This document shows positions 8,357-17,190 of a stretch of DNA of 64,000 bases, in pieces. Source of the DNA: Candidatus Falkowbacteria bacterium (GTDB lineage Bacteria > Patescibacteriota > Patescibacteriia > Patescibacteriales > UBA12465); contig CP066698.1 of the NCBI GenBank assembly GCA_016432645.1, positions 773,062 through 837,061 on the forward strand, given 5' to 3'. Numbering within the stretch: the stretch's first letter is position 1; every line of letters begins with the position of its first letter. The notes under the pieces are model-generated. The model was given only the letters and a program-made list of their open reading frames with translations, was not told the origin of the DNA and did no database searches. The position numbers and the translations under genes were made by a program.

Positions 8357-9124
8357 CTATTTGGTATTTGTTTTTAATATTTCCACTACTTCTTGGTGAA
8401 TAACTCCGTTAGTTGCCAGAATCGTTTTGGAATTAATATCCCAGGGTGCACCGTTTTCTTCGGTTACTATTCCGCCCGCTTCTCTTATTAAACAAACTCC
8501 AGCGGCGACATCGTGAGGCACATTGGTAAGATGGTATATTTCCGCATCACCCATGGAAATTTGCGCTAGCTCATAACTACTGGCGTCTATTATTTTAATC
8601 AGCCCGCAGGATTGCGCCAGGTTTAGATTCATTTGTGTTTGATTGCGAAATTTACCGCCCGCATAATACAAGCTCTCGGCTAGCGAGCGCTTAGAAACTT
8701 GAACTTTTTTACTATTAGCCCAGCAGCCCTGGCCCTCTTCGGCGCTCAGTAAAAGATTTATGGTTGGGAAGTATAAGATACCAACGATTGGCTGCCCCTG
8801 GTAAACTAAGCCAATGGAAATGCCAAAAAAAGGAATATTGCGAGAAAAATTATTAGTGCCATCAAGCGGGTCAACATACCAAACATAATCAGCTTCCATA
8901 TTTTGGCCGCCGCTTTCTTCGCCGTAGATACCGAATTCCGGAAATTCTGCTTTGAGAATAGAAATAATTTTGGCTTCACTTTTTATATCAGCGTCCGTCA
9001 CGATAGAAACAGCGCCATGCTCAACTTCTTTCCAGCGGATCTCTGTTAGTTGGCCATAATGCGCCATCAAAATCTTACCGGCTTCTTGGGCGGCCTTAAT
9101 CGCGATGTCTTGAAATTTACTCAT
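8357..9124 (-). CDS. inositol monophosphatase family protein
   Basis: Metal-binding motifs GEE...WYVDPLDGTNNF and downstream AAG region. Confidence 0.85.
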   Translation of the reverse strand: MSKFQDIAIKAAQEAGKILMAHYGQLTEIRWKEVEHGAVSIVTDADIKSEAKIISILKAEFPEFGIYGEESGGQNMEADYVWYVDPLDGTNNFSRNIPFFGISIGLVYQGQPIVGILYFPTINLLLSAEEGQGCWANSKKVQVSKRSLAESLYYAGGKFRNQTQMNLNLAQSCGLIKIIDASSYELAQISMGDAEIYHLTNVPHDVAAGVCLIREAGGIVTEENGAPWDINSKTILATNGVIHQEVVEILKTNTK

Positions 9125-9149
9125 AAGATGAAGATGTTATTTGTTTTTG

Positions 9150-9236
9150 CGGAGACGAGAGGATTTGAACCCCTGATACCATTACTGGTATACCGCATTT
9201 CGAGTGCGGCGCTTTCAACCACTCAGCCACGTCTCC
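9150..9236 (-). tRNA. tRNA-Ser (anticodon CGA)
   Basis: Reverse complement gives acceptor GGAGACG/CGTCTCC, anticodon arm CCGCA-CTCGAAA-TGCGG, long variable arm and T-loop GGTTCAAATCC. No encoded CCA. Confidence 0.85.
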
Positions 9237-9276
9237 AATTGGCCGGAATTTCCGGCCTTATTATCTAAAAACTAGT

Positions 9277-9591
9277 CTAAACAAATAGCAATATCCCTAA
9301 AAATATCAATAAAATAATAAACAAGCAAGCACCAGTTAAAAACAATAATTTTATCCCTTCTTTTTTATCGCCATCTAAATAAAGCATAACCGGACGCCCA
9401 AGTACTAACGAGCCGGTAGTTAGGGCTGACAAGATGAATATTAATAAAAACACTGCCGGACTGATAAATTCATTATCAACTTCGCCGAATATGTGGCTGG
9501 CATTGTTCATGAAAGTCCCAACCAGGAGAATGTACAGCGCAGTTCCTAAAGCATCAAGGGCTGCCCACTGATAAATTTTTTTGGTTTTCAT
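9277..9591 (-). CDS. small integral membrane protein
   Basis: 104-aa ORF with three predicted hydrophobic helices. Confidence 0.5.
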   Translation of the reverse strand: MKTKKIYQWAALDALGTALYILLVGTFMNNASHIFGEVDNEFISPAVFLLIFILSALTTGSLVLGRPVMLYLDGDKKEGIKLLFLTGACLFIILLIFLGILLFV

Positions 9592-9601
9592 ACTTTTATT
9601 A

Positions 9602-10324
9602 TTAATTTTTAATTTTAGTAATTTCTTGCGGGCTTAATTTTCGCCACTCGCCCTCCTTGATGCCCCCTAAGCCGATGCCAGCGAAGTTTGTTCTTTGTAA
9701 ATCAGCCACTTTAAATCCGAGCACGCTAAACATTCTTCTGAGTTGTCTTTTTTTACCTTCATTTAAGGTTATTACAAATAGATTATCTTGTAAATATTCG
9801 GTTTTTTTGGCTCGAGCAACACCATCGCCTTCCCCAATATCCATTCCTTTAATAAGCTCAGTACATATTTTTCGGCCTTCATTATTTTCCAGATTTTCTC
9901 CGCGGCGTGGGAATAGCCTAACGCTATAAGTTTTGTCTTTTTTTAATCTTGGATGGGATAGTTTTTGCGCGAGTTCGCCATCGTTGGTCAGTAAAATTAT
10001 ACCGCGGCTATCTTTATCCAGACGTCCGATAGAAAACATTCTTTCTTTCAAAGAAATTAATTGAAAAATATTTTGCTCCCCCGGAAAAGAACGGTTAGTA
10101 CAGGTGTATCCCATTGGCTTGTTTAATTTGATATAAATTTTTTCGGCTTTTTGGGGTAGTGGCTGACCGCGGAATGTGATTTTATCTTTTTCGGGGTCTA
10201 CTTTATCGCCTAAAATCGCTAGTTTGCCATTGATTTTAATCGAACCCATTCTAATCATTTTTTCTGCTTCGCGCCGAGAAGCTAAACCGCTTTCAGCAAT
10301 TGCTTTTTGTAAAACCATTATCAT
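9602..10324 (-). CDS. pseudouridine synthase, RsuA/RluB family
   Basis: N-terminal S4 domain (GLASRREAEKMI) and catalytic motif GRLDKDSRGIILLTNDG. ATGA overlap with the upstream gene. Confidence 0.85.
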   Translation of the reverse strand: MIMVLQKAIAESGLASRREAEKMIRMGSIKINGKLAILGDKVDPEKDKITFRGQPLPQKAEKIYIKLNKPMGYTCTNRSFPGEQNIFQLISLKERMFSIGRLDKDSRGIILLTNDGELAQKLSHPRLKKDKTYSVRLFPRRGENLENNEGRKICTELIKGMDIGEGDGVARAKKTEYLQDNLFVITLNEGKKRQLRRMFSVLGFKVADLQRTNFAGIGLGGIKEGEWRKLSPQEITKIKN

Positions 10325-11691
10325 ATTTTTTTAATTTTTGCCTCTATTGTAAGCGAACCTAACAGCGCCAAGAAGACAAAAAACATCGCCGACAGGTCAT
10401 TTTTAAAATAAGGAACATCCACTAAGCCATGAACAACAATTACCGCCATCGCTCCGAATAATCCCAAGATTAAATAATTCTTTTTCTGAAAAAACAAGTT
10501 TAAGGAGATAAATAAATATTTTCCGATCAACCAAGTGAAGGCGAGCGCTCCCAAAATTCCGAGCTCGCTCCAAAAATTAAGAAAAATATTATGCGGGTAC
10601 ATATAGATTTCTACCGGCTGCCAATATTTGGCGCGGAGTTCGGCGCTGGCTCGTAACTTGGCATCAAAATTTTCTATCTTGTCGCGGTTAAAAAAGATGC
10701 CTTCTTGATGATACGGAGCAACAGCTGTTTGATAAGCGCTCAAGCCATTGCCGGTTATAACTTTCCAGTCTTTAAGGCTCATCATTGTTTCTGTCCATTG
10801 GCGACGTCTAATTTCGCCTGATAAATCATGCAGTAATATTTTGTCGCTGGCGTAAGTTTTTAAAGTCGGAATTATAAAAATTGCGATGATAACTATCGCT
10901 GCTAAACCAATGGAGGCGATTCGTGTTTTGCGATTAGCAAAAAATAAACACAAGAAAGCGCCAGCCAAAATGCCGATAATCGCGCCCTCGGATTTGGCAA
11001 AGTAAATTGTTAAGAGGGAGATTAAGATTACTAACCCAATTATTAATTTACTAATCGTTTCTTTAGATTCCCAGCCTTTAATACTTAACAGCCAGCCGCT
11101 AAAAATTAAAACTAGCGGAGCGAGATATAAGCCTACGGCATTGGGGTATCCGAAGAAAGACACAACACGACGGGTGCTAGCGTCCGCCCAAAAAGGATTA
11201 AAAATGAAAAACCCAGTTGCTTGTTGAAATAGACCCCAGAGGGAAACCGCCGCCGCTCCTAAAAGTAAAGCTAATAATATTTTCTGTCGCCCTTTATCAC
11301 CCGGTAAAACATTCATCACTAAAATAAATAGCAAAATCGGTTCAAAAAAATAGGCTTTCCAAATACCGAGAGCGCTGGCATTGAATCCGGCAACTGCTAT
11401 GGCTACGAAAGAAATGATAATGATGGCGATTATTTCCCAACCAAAAGGATAGGGCGTCCGTTCTTGGCGGTTTTTAAGCCAAGTTTTTAGATTCGGTGCC
11501 ACATTTTTCAAAAACCAGACCGCAAAACTAATTAAAATCATCGCTTCCAGAAAGGTTAGGGGGACTCCAAGAACATTAAAGCGCAGAAGATAGGCGGGCA
11601 AGAGAGCAGTAATTAAAAAGACGGCTAAATCTAAGCGCAGAATAGCGATTGTGAGAAAAAAAAATAAGCTGGCAATTAATAAGCTGTCCAT
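10321..11691 (-). CDS. O-antigen ligase-like polytopic membrane protein
   Basis: 456 aa, more than 10 TM helices, central Wzy_C-like loop (FAKSEGAIIGILAG). Confidence 0.55.
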   Translation of the reverse strand: MDSLLIASLFFFLTIAILRLDLAVFLITALLPAYLLRFNVLGVPLTFLEAMILISFAVWFLKNVAPNLKTWLKNRQERTPYPFGWEIIAIIIISFVAIAVAGFNASALGIWKAYFFEPILLFILVMNVLPGDKGRQKILLALLLGAAAVSLWGLFQQATGFFIFNPFWADASTRRVVSFFGYPNAVGLYLAPLVLIFSGWLLSIKGWESKETISKLIIGLVILISLLTIYFAKSEGAIIGILAGAFLCLFFANRKTRIASIGLAAIVIIAIFIIPTLKTYASDKILLHDLSGEIRRRQWTETMMSLKDWKVITGNGLSAYQTAVAPYHQEGIFFNRDKIENFDAKLRASAELRAKYWQPVEIYMYPHNIFLNFWSELGILGALAFTWLIGKYLFISLNLFFQKKNYLILGLFGAMAVIVVHGLVDVPYFKNDLSAMFFVFLALLGSLTIEAKIKKI

Positions 11692-11790
11692 AGATTAATT
11701 ATAGCACTAATCAAAGGTAAAAATGATATTGACGACTCATATTTAAAATGGTTAAATTGATAAGGCCGTTCTTTCTTAAACTAATTTCAA

Positions 11791-12099
11791 GTGAATAAAA
11801 ACAACAATTCTCGGTTAACTCTGGGGGCGCATGTTCGCCGGACCAGAGCCAGGATCAATAGGTTGGAAAAAGCCATCGGTCCGATAGCTACCGCTTTACT
11901 CGTGGTGGGCGTGGTAACAATTTTCAATGGCTACATAATTGTTGCCATCAGTGTATTTTCTATCTGCTTATTGTTATGCCTCTTAAAAATTAATTTTTTA
12001 CGTAAGCGGCGGCAGAGCAGTTTTGTCTGGGCTTTTAATTTAGTAATTACCATTTTTTTCTTGGCAATTACTTTTATTGATTGGAAATTAAAAATCTAG
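11791..12099 (+). CDS. small membrane protein (uncertain)
   Basis: GTG-initiated 102-aa ORF with a basic N-terminus and two or three TM helices. Possible promoter TTGACG-17-TGgTTAAAT at 11729..11757. No clear SD. Confidence 0.35.
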   Translation: MNKNNNSRLTLGAHVRRTRARINRLEKAIGPIATALLVVGVVTIFNGYIIVAISVFSICLLLCLLKINFLRKRRQSSFVWAFNLVITIFFLAITFIDWKLKI

Positions 12100-12119
12100 A
12101 TTCGTTGCAGTTCTTTTAA

Positions 12120-12151
12120 AAACCGCCCCCTTTACAGGAGGCGGTTTTTTA
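12120..12151. terminator. bidirectional terminator (efp operon and 11791 ORF)
   Basis: ACCGCC...GGCGGT stem flanked by an A-run and TTTTTT. Confidence 0.7.
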
Positions 12152-12161
12152 TTGCAAGAAT

Positions 12162-12722
12162 TTAATTTACTCTTTCAACATATTCGCCGGTATCCGTATT
12201 TAGTCTAATCATGTCGCCTTCTTCAATAAACATCGGCACGTTGATTAAGGCCCCGGTCTCAATTTCTACCTGCTTATTAACATTGCCGGCAGAGTTGCCT
12301 TTAACTCCCGGAGGCGCGCTGACAACCTTAAATTCCATTTTAATCGGCAAGCTGATAGTTACCGGCTTGTCTTCAAAATATAAAACATCCACATCGGTTC
12401 CGTCTTTTAAGAATTTAGCTGGTTCGCCGATTTCCTCAACAGGTAAATCAAACTGTTCATAGCTTTCATTGTCCATGAAATAGGCCTGGTCTTTATCCTT
12501 ATACATGAAATTGGCTTTTTTGGTCTTGGTTTCAGCCTCCTCCGCTTTTTCCGCGCCCTGGTAAGTTCTTTCCAAAACATTGCCATTTATTAAGTTGCGG
12601 CATTTAATCTTCAAAACAGCCCCACCTCGTCCCATTTTGTGATGGTCTGTTTTAATAATAACGTAGGGCTCGCTGTTCACTTTGATGACCTTGCCGGTTT
12701 TTATTTCATTAAAATTTAGCAT
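12162..12722 (-). CDS. efp: elongation factor P
   Basis: Full-length EF-P, with the GRGGAVLKIKCRNL loop region and three OB/KOW-like domains. Confidence 0.95.
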   Translation of the reverse strand: MLNFNEIKTGKVIKVNSEPYVIIKTDHHKMGRGGAVLKIKCRNLINGNVLERTYQGAEKAEEAETKTKKANFMYKDKDQAYFMDNESYEQFDLPVEEIGEPAKFLKDGTDVDVLYFEDKPVTISLPIKMEFKVVSAPPGVKGNSAGNVNKQVEIETGALINVPMFIEEGDMIRLNTDTGEYVERVN

Positions 12723-12742
12723 AGGTTTTTGAGTTTTTAATT

Positions 12743-12955
12743 TTATTTATGAGTAGCGGATAAAAGAGCCATGACGCGGGAGCGTTTAATAGCGGTGGCT
12801 AATTTTCTTTGGTGCCAAGCGCAAACGCCGGTTCTTTTGCCAGGTAAAATTTTCATGTAGAAATTGATAAAGCGGCGCAAAGTCCGAGTATCTTTATAAT
12901 CAACTTCTAAGTTATTAACGCAAAAATAGCATTCTTTAGTTTTTTGTTTGTTCAT
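12743..12955 (-). CDS. rpsR: 30S ribosomal protein S18
   Basis: CYFC...VDYKD...LRRFI...GKRTGVCAWHQRKLATAIKRSR. Confidence 0.9.
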   Translation of the reverse strand: MNKQKTKECYFCVNNLEVDYKDTRTLRRFINFYMKILPGKRTGVCAWHQRKLATAIKRSRVMALLSATHK

Positions 12956-12964
12956 ATTTATTTA

Positions 12965-13405
12965 TTAAAAAGGAATATTTTCAACGCGAATTTCTTCTTC
13001 CATTGGATCTTCAGGGATCTCAATGATTTCTTCGCGTGCCCCGCCGCTGGCTGGAGCGCCGAAATTAGCACTGCCGCCTTTGGAGTCTAGCATAATCATA
13101 TTTTCGGCGACGATTTCGGTGCGATAGCGCTTAACGCCATCATTACCGGTCCAGTCGGTTGTTTGCAAACGGCCTTCGACGTAAACCTTGGAGCCTTTCT
13201 TTAAATATTTGGCACAGACTTCAGCTAATTTTCTCCAAGCAATTATATTGTGAAATTCCGTTTTCTTTTGTTGTTGGCCGCTTTGATCGGTCCAGACTAA
13301 ATTAGTCGCTACGCCAAAAGAAACAACGCTTTGTCCAGAGGGGGTATTTTTTAATTCCGGATCACGGGTCACATTGCCGATGATCATGGCTTTGTTTAAA
13401 TTCAT
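12965..13405 (-). CDS. ssb: single-stranded DNA-binding protein
   Basis: OB-fold N-terminus MNLNKAMIIGNVTRDPEL...TEFHNIIAWRKLAE and acidic tail EEEIRVENIPF. ATG at 13405 preferred over TTG at 13417. Confidence 0.9.
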   Translation of the reverse strand: MNLNKAMIIGNVTRDPELKNTPSGQSVVSFGVATNLVWTDQSGQQQKKTEFHNIIAWRKLAEVCAKYLKKGSKVYVEGRLQTTDWTGNDGVKRYRTEIVAENMIMLDSKGGSANFGAPASGGAREEIIEIPEDPMEEEIRVENIPF

Positions 13406-13459
13406 ATTTTTGGACAAATTTTAGATTCAGTCGCTATTTACGACAGAAAATAAAATTAT

Positions 13460-13984
13460 TTAAATTAAATCTTTAGCACTTAAAATGCCTTCCAATTTTT
13501 CGTCCAAATCTTTCATGTCGGTTGGTCTTTCTTTTTTGATAGTCGCCTTCTTCGGAGCTTCGCCCGCTTCAGTTGATTTTTTAGACTTATCTTTAGCCTC
13601 TTTTTCTTCAACCGCCTTTTTAGCTTCTATTTTGGCGTTGATTTTTTTGTCTTTAGCTAAGGCCGCTTCACTCTTGGCATTTTTGATTATGATTTGGTGG
13701 CGTAAGACATCGGTTGACAATCTTAAATTTTGATCAATGGCTGCCAGAGCGCTTTTTTCTAAATCAAATTCGCATAGGCTGTAATAACCGTAGGCGTTGT
13801 GTTTGATTTCGTAAGCCAATTTTTTCTTTCCCCAGTATTCGCGGTAGCTGATTTGGCCGCCGTTATCGGTGATAACTTTTTCCACGTTACCGATAATGGT
13901 TTTAGCTTCATCTTCGGTAAACTTATTCGGCATAATGAATAAAATTTCATAATGTCCGATAGTCGATTTTTTTGTCTTTGACAT
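13460..13984 (-). CDS. rpsF: 30S ribosomal protein S6 with Lys/Glu-rich C-terminal extension
   Basis: YEILFIMPN...REYWGKKKLAYEI core, in the conserved rpsF-ssb-rpsR order. Confidence 0.85.
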   Translation of the reverse strand: MSKTKKSTIGHYEILFIMPNKFTEDEAKTIIGNVEKVITDNGGQISYREYWGKKKLAYEIKHNAYGYYSLCEFDLEKSALAAIDQNLRLSTDVLRHQIIIKNAKSEAALAKDKKINAKIEAKKAVEEKEAKDKSKKSTEAGEAPKKATIKKERPTDMKDLDEKLEGILSAKDLI

Positions 13985-14062
13985 AGTTATTATAATCCTT
14001 AGGGGATAAAGCCCGTTTAAATTAAAGTTAAAAAGCCTCTAAACCCCATTTTTAAATAAAAT

Positions 14063-14099
14063 CCCCAAGTATTCCAAGAACCTTTGGGGCTTAGAATAC
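14063..14099 (-). promoter_or_regulatory. rpsF 5' leader with two mutually exclusive hairpins
   Basis: On the minus strand, GUAUUC (14099..14094) pairs with GAAUAC (14074..14069). CCCCAA (14089..14084) pairs with UUGGGG (14068..14063), which is followed by AUUUUAUUU. Confidence 0.3.
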
Positions 14100-14250
14100 C
14101 TTTAATTCTGCGCTAGTATTGGCAGAATTATTTTAGCAACAAGGCTAAAACATGGGAAAGATATCATTATTATTTATTTGTAAATTGACTTTAACACGGA
14201 TTTTTAGATAAATCAAGGGGCGGCGTTTGCCAGCAAGCGTGGATTAGGAT

Positions 14251-15456
14251 ATGATAATTTATATGAAATATTTCTTTATTCTCGGAACAAATACCGCCTT
14301 GTCACTGGCCGAACTATCGGCGGTAATTAATATTAGTGACGCCCAGCTTATTGGCGGTGATTTTTTAGTAGTAAATAGTCAGGTAGAGCTTAATCCGGAA
14401 AATTTAATTAAAGAATTGGGCGGGATTATTAAAATTGGAATCATCCGACAAGAAATTAGACTAGGTTCCGAAAAAGGAGCATTGTTAAACGCAGTTTTAG
14501 AATTAGCAAGCGCCAAGAAAAAGGCGAGCAAAGATGGTAAGTTTAATTTTGGCTTTTCCGATTATGGTCCGCGCAGTTTTGATAAAAAAGATTTGGGAGC
14601 CAAATTAAAAAAGCATTTTAGTGAGCAAGAAATTTCTTCCCGCTTTGTCGTCAGTCGTGAGAAAACTTTATCAAGTGTCGTAATTACCCAAAACAAATTA
14701 TTAACTCGGGGAATTGAAATTGTTTTGTCAGAGTTAGAGGGAACTATTTATATCGGCGAAACTTTAGCGGTGCAATTTTTTAAAGACTTGAGCTTGCGTG
14801 ACTATGGCCGACCAGCGCGCGATGATTTGTCCGGGATGTTGCCGCCGAAGTTGGCGCAAATTATGATTAATTTAGCACAAGTTAGCAATGAAGAAGAGTT
14901 AATCGTTGATCCATTTTGCGGTTCAGGAACAATTTTAAGTGAAGCGATGCTCATGGGCTATAAAAATATCTTGGGTTCAGACTTGTCTTTAAAAGCGGTA
15001 GATGATACTAAGAAAAATATTAGCTGGGTTAAAGAAATATATAAGTTGAAAGATATTAAAATGAAATTTGCGGTTAAGAATGTTTTGGGTTTGTCACAGT
15101 TTGTTAAAACTGAGAGTGCGGCGGCCGTTATTACCGAGCCTTATCTTGGCCCGCAAAGAGGTCGGATTGAATTTGAAGAGATTATTAGTGAATTAGAGAC
15201 TTTGTATTCCGGAGCAATAAGAGAATTTAATAAGGTTTTAGTTCCTGGAGGTCGGGTAGTAATGATTTGGCCGGTATTTTATGGGAATAAGCCGATTAGT
15301 CCAAATATTTCCGGATTCAGTATATTAAATTTTATTCCTGAAAGATTTCGTAGCAATCCTTTAGTTAAGAACACGACTACTAACCGCGGTACAATTATTT
15401 ATGGACGCGCGGGACAGAAAGTTTTCCGGGAAATTGTGGTTTTGGAGAAAGAATAA
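14251..15456 (+). CDS. class I SAM-dependent methyltransferase (UPF0020/Trm11-like putative RNA methylase)
   Basis: Motif I VDPFCGSGTILSEA and motif IV-like ITEPYLG. N-terminal non-catalytic domain of about 190 aa. Confidence 0.6.
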   Translation: MIIYMKYFFILGTNTALSLAELSAVINISDAQLIGGDFLVVNSQVELNPENLIKELGGIIKIGIIRQEIRLGSEKGALLNAVLELASAKKKASKDGKFNFGFSDYGPRSFDKKDLGAKLKKHFSEQEISSRFVVSREKTLSSVVITQNKLLTRGIEIVLSELEGTIYIGETLAVQFFKDLSLRDYGRPARDDLSGMLPPKLAQIMINLAQVSNEEELIVDPFCGSGTILSEAMLMGYKNILGSDLSLKAVDDTKKNISWVKEIYKLKDIKMKFAVKNVLGLSQFVKTESAAAVITEPYLGPQRGRIEFEEIISELETLYSGAIREFNKVLVPGGRVVMIWPVFYGNKPISPNISGFSILNFIPERFRSNPLVKNTTTNRGTIIYGRAGQKVFREIVVLEKE

Positions 15457-15477
15457 ATTAAATTTTGCTAATAAAAA

Positions 15478-15504
15478 ATCACCTCAAGAAAAAGGTGGTT
15501 TTTG
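15478..15504. terminator. hairpin terminator between convergent genes
   Basis: ATCACCT/AGGTGGT stem (one G-T pair), A-run before and T-run after. Confidence 0.5.
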
Positions 15505-15515
15505 TTTTGTAACTT

Positions 15516-16580
15516 CTATTTATTAATCAAAAAATTACAGACATCGCCGTCTTGGACAACATAGTCTTTACCTTCAATGCGCATCAAGCCTGCTTCTTTA
15601 GCTTTGGCATCAGAACCACATTCAATAAACTTTTCCCAATTGATAACTTCAGCCCGAACAAAGCCTTTAATAAAGTCGGTATGGATTTCGCCGGCCGCTT
15701 GCGGAGCTTTAGAGCCGTGCTTAATCGTCCAGGCCCGAGTTTCATCCGGCCCGGTGGTGAAAAAAGTATCAAGACCTAATAATTTATAAGCACTTTGGAT
15801 TAATCTGTCTAAGCCGCTTTGGGAGAGTCCTAGTTCTTTTATGTATTCGGCTTGTTCCTCTTCGGGTAAATTAACGATTTCTTCTTCCAACTTAACATTG
15901 ATGCGGATTATTTCTTCGCTTGTTCCTTCGAGAACATTGTCTGTCGTCGCCTCGTCAATATTTAATAAGTATAGAATTGGCTTAATGGTTAAGAGATTAA
16001 GGCTTTTAACAAAAGGAAGCTCCTCTTCTTCAAAAGACATTTCCCGGACTGCTCGTCCGGCGCTTAAATGGGGATATATTTTTTCTAAAATTACTAAATT
16101 AGCCTTAAGTTCTTTATCGCCGCTCTTGGCGTCGCGTCTTAAACGGTCCAACCTTTTCTCCACGGTCGCTAAATCAGCAAAAATTAGCTCCATGTTAATA
16201 GTCTCTTTATCGCCAGACGGATCAATTTTGCCGTTAACATGGATAATGTTACTATCTTTAAAATCCCTAATAACTTCGCAAATAGCATCGCACTCTCTAA
16301 TATGAGCTAGAAATTGGTTTCCTAAGCCTTCGCCTTTACTTGCTCCGGCGACTAAGCCCGCAATGTCAACGAATTCGATAGTTGTGGTGATGATTTTTTT
16401 AGGTTTGGAGACTTCGGCCAGCTTTTCTAGGCGGATGTCAGGAACTTTAACGACACCAACATTCGGATCAATAGTGCAAAAAGGATAATTAGCCGCTTCC
16501 ACGCCCTTTTTGGTTAATAGGTTGAATAAAGTTGATTTGCCGACGTTTGGGAGACCGACGATTCCAATAGATAATGACAT
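15516..16580 (-). CDS. ychF: redox-regulated ATPase YchF
   Basis: GIVGLPNVGKSTLFN G1 motif, coiled-coil insert and C-terminal TGS-like domain. Confidence 0.95.
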   Translation of the reverse strand: MSLSIGIVGLPNVGKSTLFNLLTKKGVEAANYPFCTIDPNVGVVKVPDIRLEKLAEVSKPKKIITTTIEFVDIAGLVAGASKGEGLGNQFLAHIRECDAICEVIRDFKDSNIIHVNGKIDPSGDKETINMELIFADLATVEKRLDRLRRDAKSGDKELKANLVILEKIYPHLSAGRAVREMSFEEEELPFVKSLNLLTIKPILYLLNIDEATTDNVLEGTSEEIIRINVKLEEEIVNLPEEEQAEYIKELGLSQSGLDRLIQSAYKLLGLDTFFTTGPDETRAWTIKHGSKAPQAAGEIHTDFIKGFVRAEVINWEKFIECGSDAKAKEAGLMRIEGKDYVVQDGDVCNFLINK

Positions 16581-16620
16581 AGTTTTTTGTTTATGTTTCC
16601 AATATACAGGGTTTCCATGA

Positions 16621-16647
16621 AAATAAAAAGAGGCCCAGATGGGCCGC
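16621..16647 (-). terminator. GC-rich hairpin terminator upstream of ychF
   Basis: Minus strand reads GCGGCCC-AUCU-GGGCCUC followed by UUUUUAUUU. An A-run on the other side makes it bidirectional. Confidence 0.6.
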
Positions 16648-16973
16648 TTTTTATTATATAATAAAAGTTAATAAATACTAGGCCGTATCTGAGCCTCATA
16701 CCTGATAATCACAGATTCTTTCTGTATTATTAGGCATTGAAGCTACTTACTGACTTAAGAGCATATCTTGTACCAACTCCTAGCAAATGAAAACATATTG
16801 TTTTAATTATTTGTGCTAATTTTCAATGAGATTTAGTAAAAATTTCTTTTTGACTTTTATTAAATCTTATTTCTTTTTGATTAGCTCGCTAGTTTTTTTG
16901 CTTTCTTTTTCTCTACCACGTCAGTATTGGTAGAAAACCGTTATATCTGGAGTTAGTTAAAGAACCTACTATA

Positions 16974-17002
16974 ATCATAGCACTTTGTTTATAAGGGGTC
17001 AA
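16974..17002 (-). promoter_or_regulatory. strong sigma70-like promoter inside the gene-free region
   Basis: Minus strand reads TTGACC (17002..16997), 17-nt spacer, TGcTATGAT extended -10 (16979..16974). Confidence 0.5.
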
Positions 17003-17007
17003 GTATT

Positions 17008-17100
17008 GTGGACTAAAGTCAGTAAATTAAATATATTTAGCTAATTTTAAATAAATTATTAAAAATTTAAGACTTTAAGTCCAAACTATCGTGGACTAAA
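17008..17100 (+). repeat. direct repeat GTGGACTAAA x2
   Basis: Identical decamers at 17008..17017 and 17091..17100. Each overlaps a degenerate DnaA-box-like TGTGGA/CGTGGA core. Confidence 0.6.
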
Positions 17101-17109
17101 AATTGTAGT

Positions 17110-17138
17110 TTATACACAAAAAACACAGGTTATCCACA
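17110..17138 (+). promoter_or_regulatory. pair of DnaA boxes
   Basis: TTATACACA (17110..17118, one mismatch) and perfect consensus TTATCCACA (17130..17138). Same orientation, 20 bp apart. Confidence 0.5.
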
Positions 17139-17160
17139 GGTTAATAAGAGTTCTTAGGGG

Positions 17161-17190
17161 ATAAAAAGAAAACCCCCAGTAAATGGAGGT
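17161..17190 (-). terminator. terminator after tRNA-Cys
   Basis: Minus strand reads ACCUCCA-UUUAC-UGGGGGU (one mismatch) followed by UUUCUUUUU. Confidence 0.6.

Noticed and set aside
9050-9268. 72-aa plus-strand ORF
   Set aside because: It overlaps the 5' end of the inositol monophosphatase gene and the complete tRNA-Ser gene.
14063-14099. H-type pseudoknot in the rpsF leader
   Set aside because: The four complementary segments interleave like a pseudoknot. However, the 3' strand of stem 1 abuts the 3' strand of stem 2 with a zero-length loop, which is sterically implausible across a 6-bp helix. I interpret them as alternative hairpins instead.
15841-16305. 154-aa ORF on the plus strand inside ychF
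   Set aside because: It is fully antisense to a strongly conserved gene. Its Ser/Leu-rich low-complexity translation is typical of the reverse frame of Glu/Lys/Asp-rich coding sequence, and it has no SD or promoter.
16514-16699. 61-aa minus-strand ORF reading into ychF
   Set aside because: It runs through the hairpin terminator and into the ychF start in another frame. It has no SD and looks spurious.
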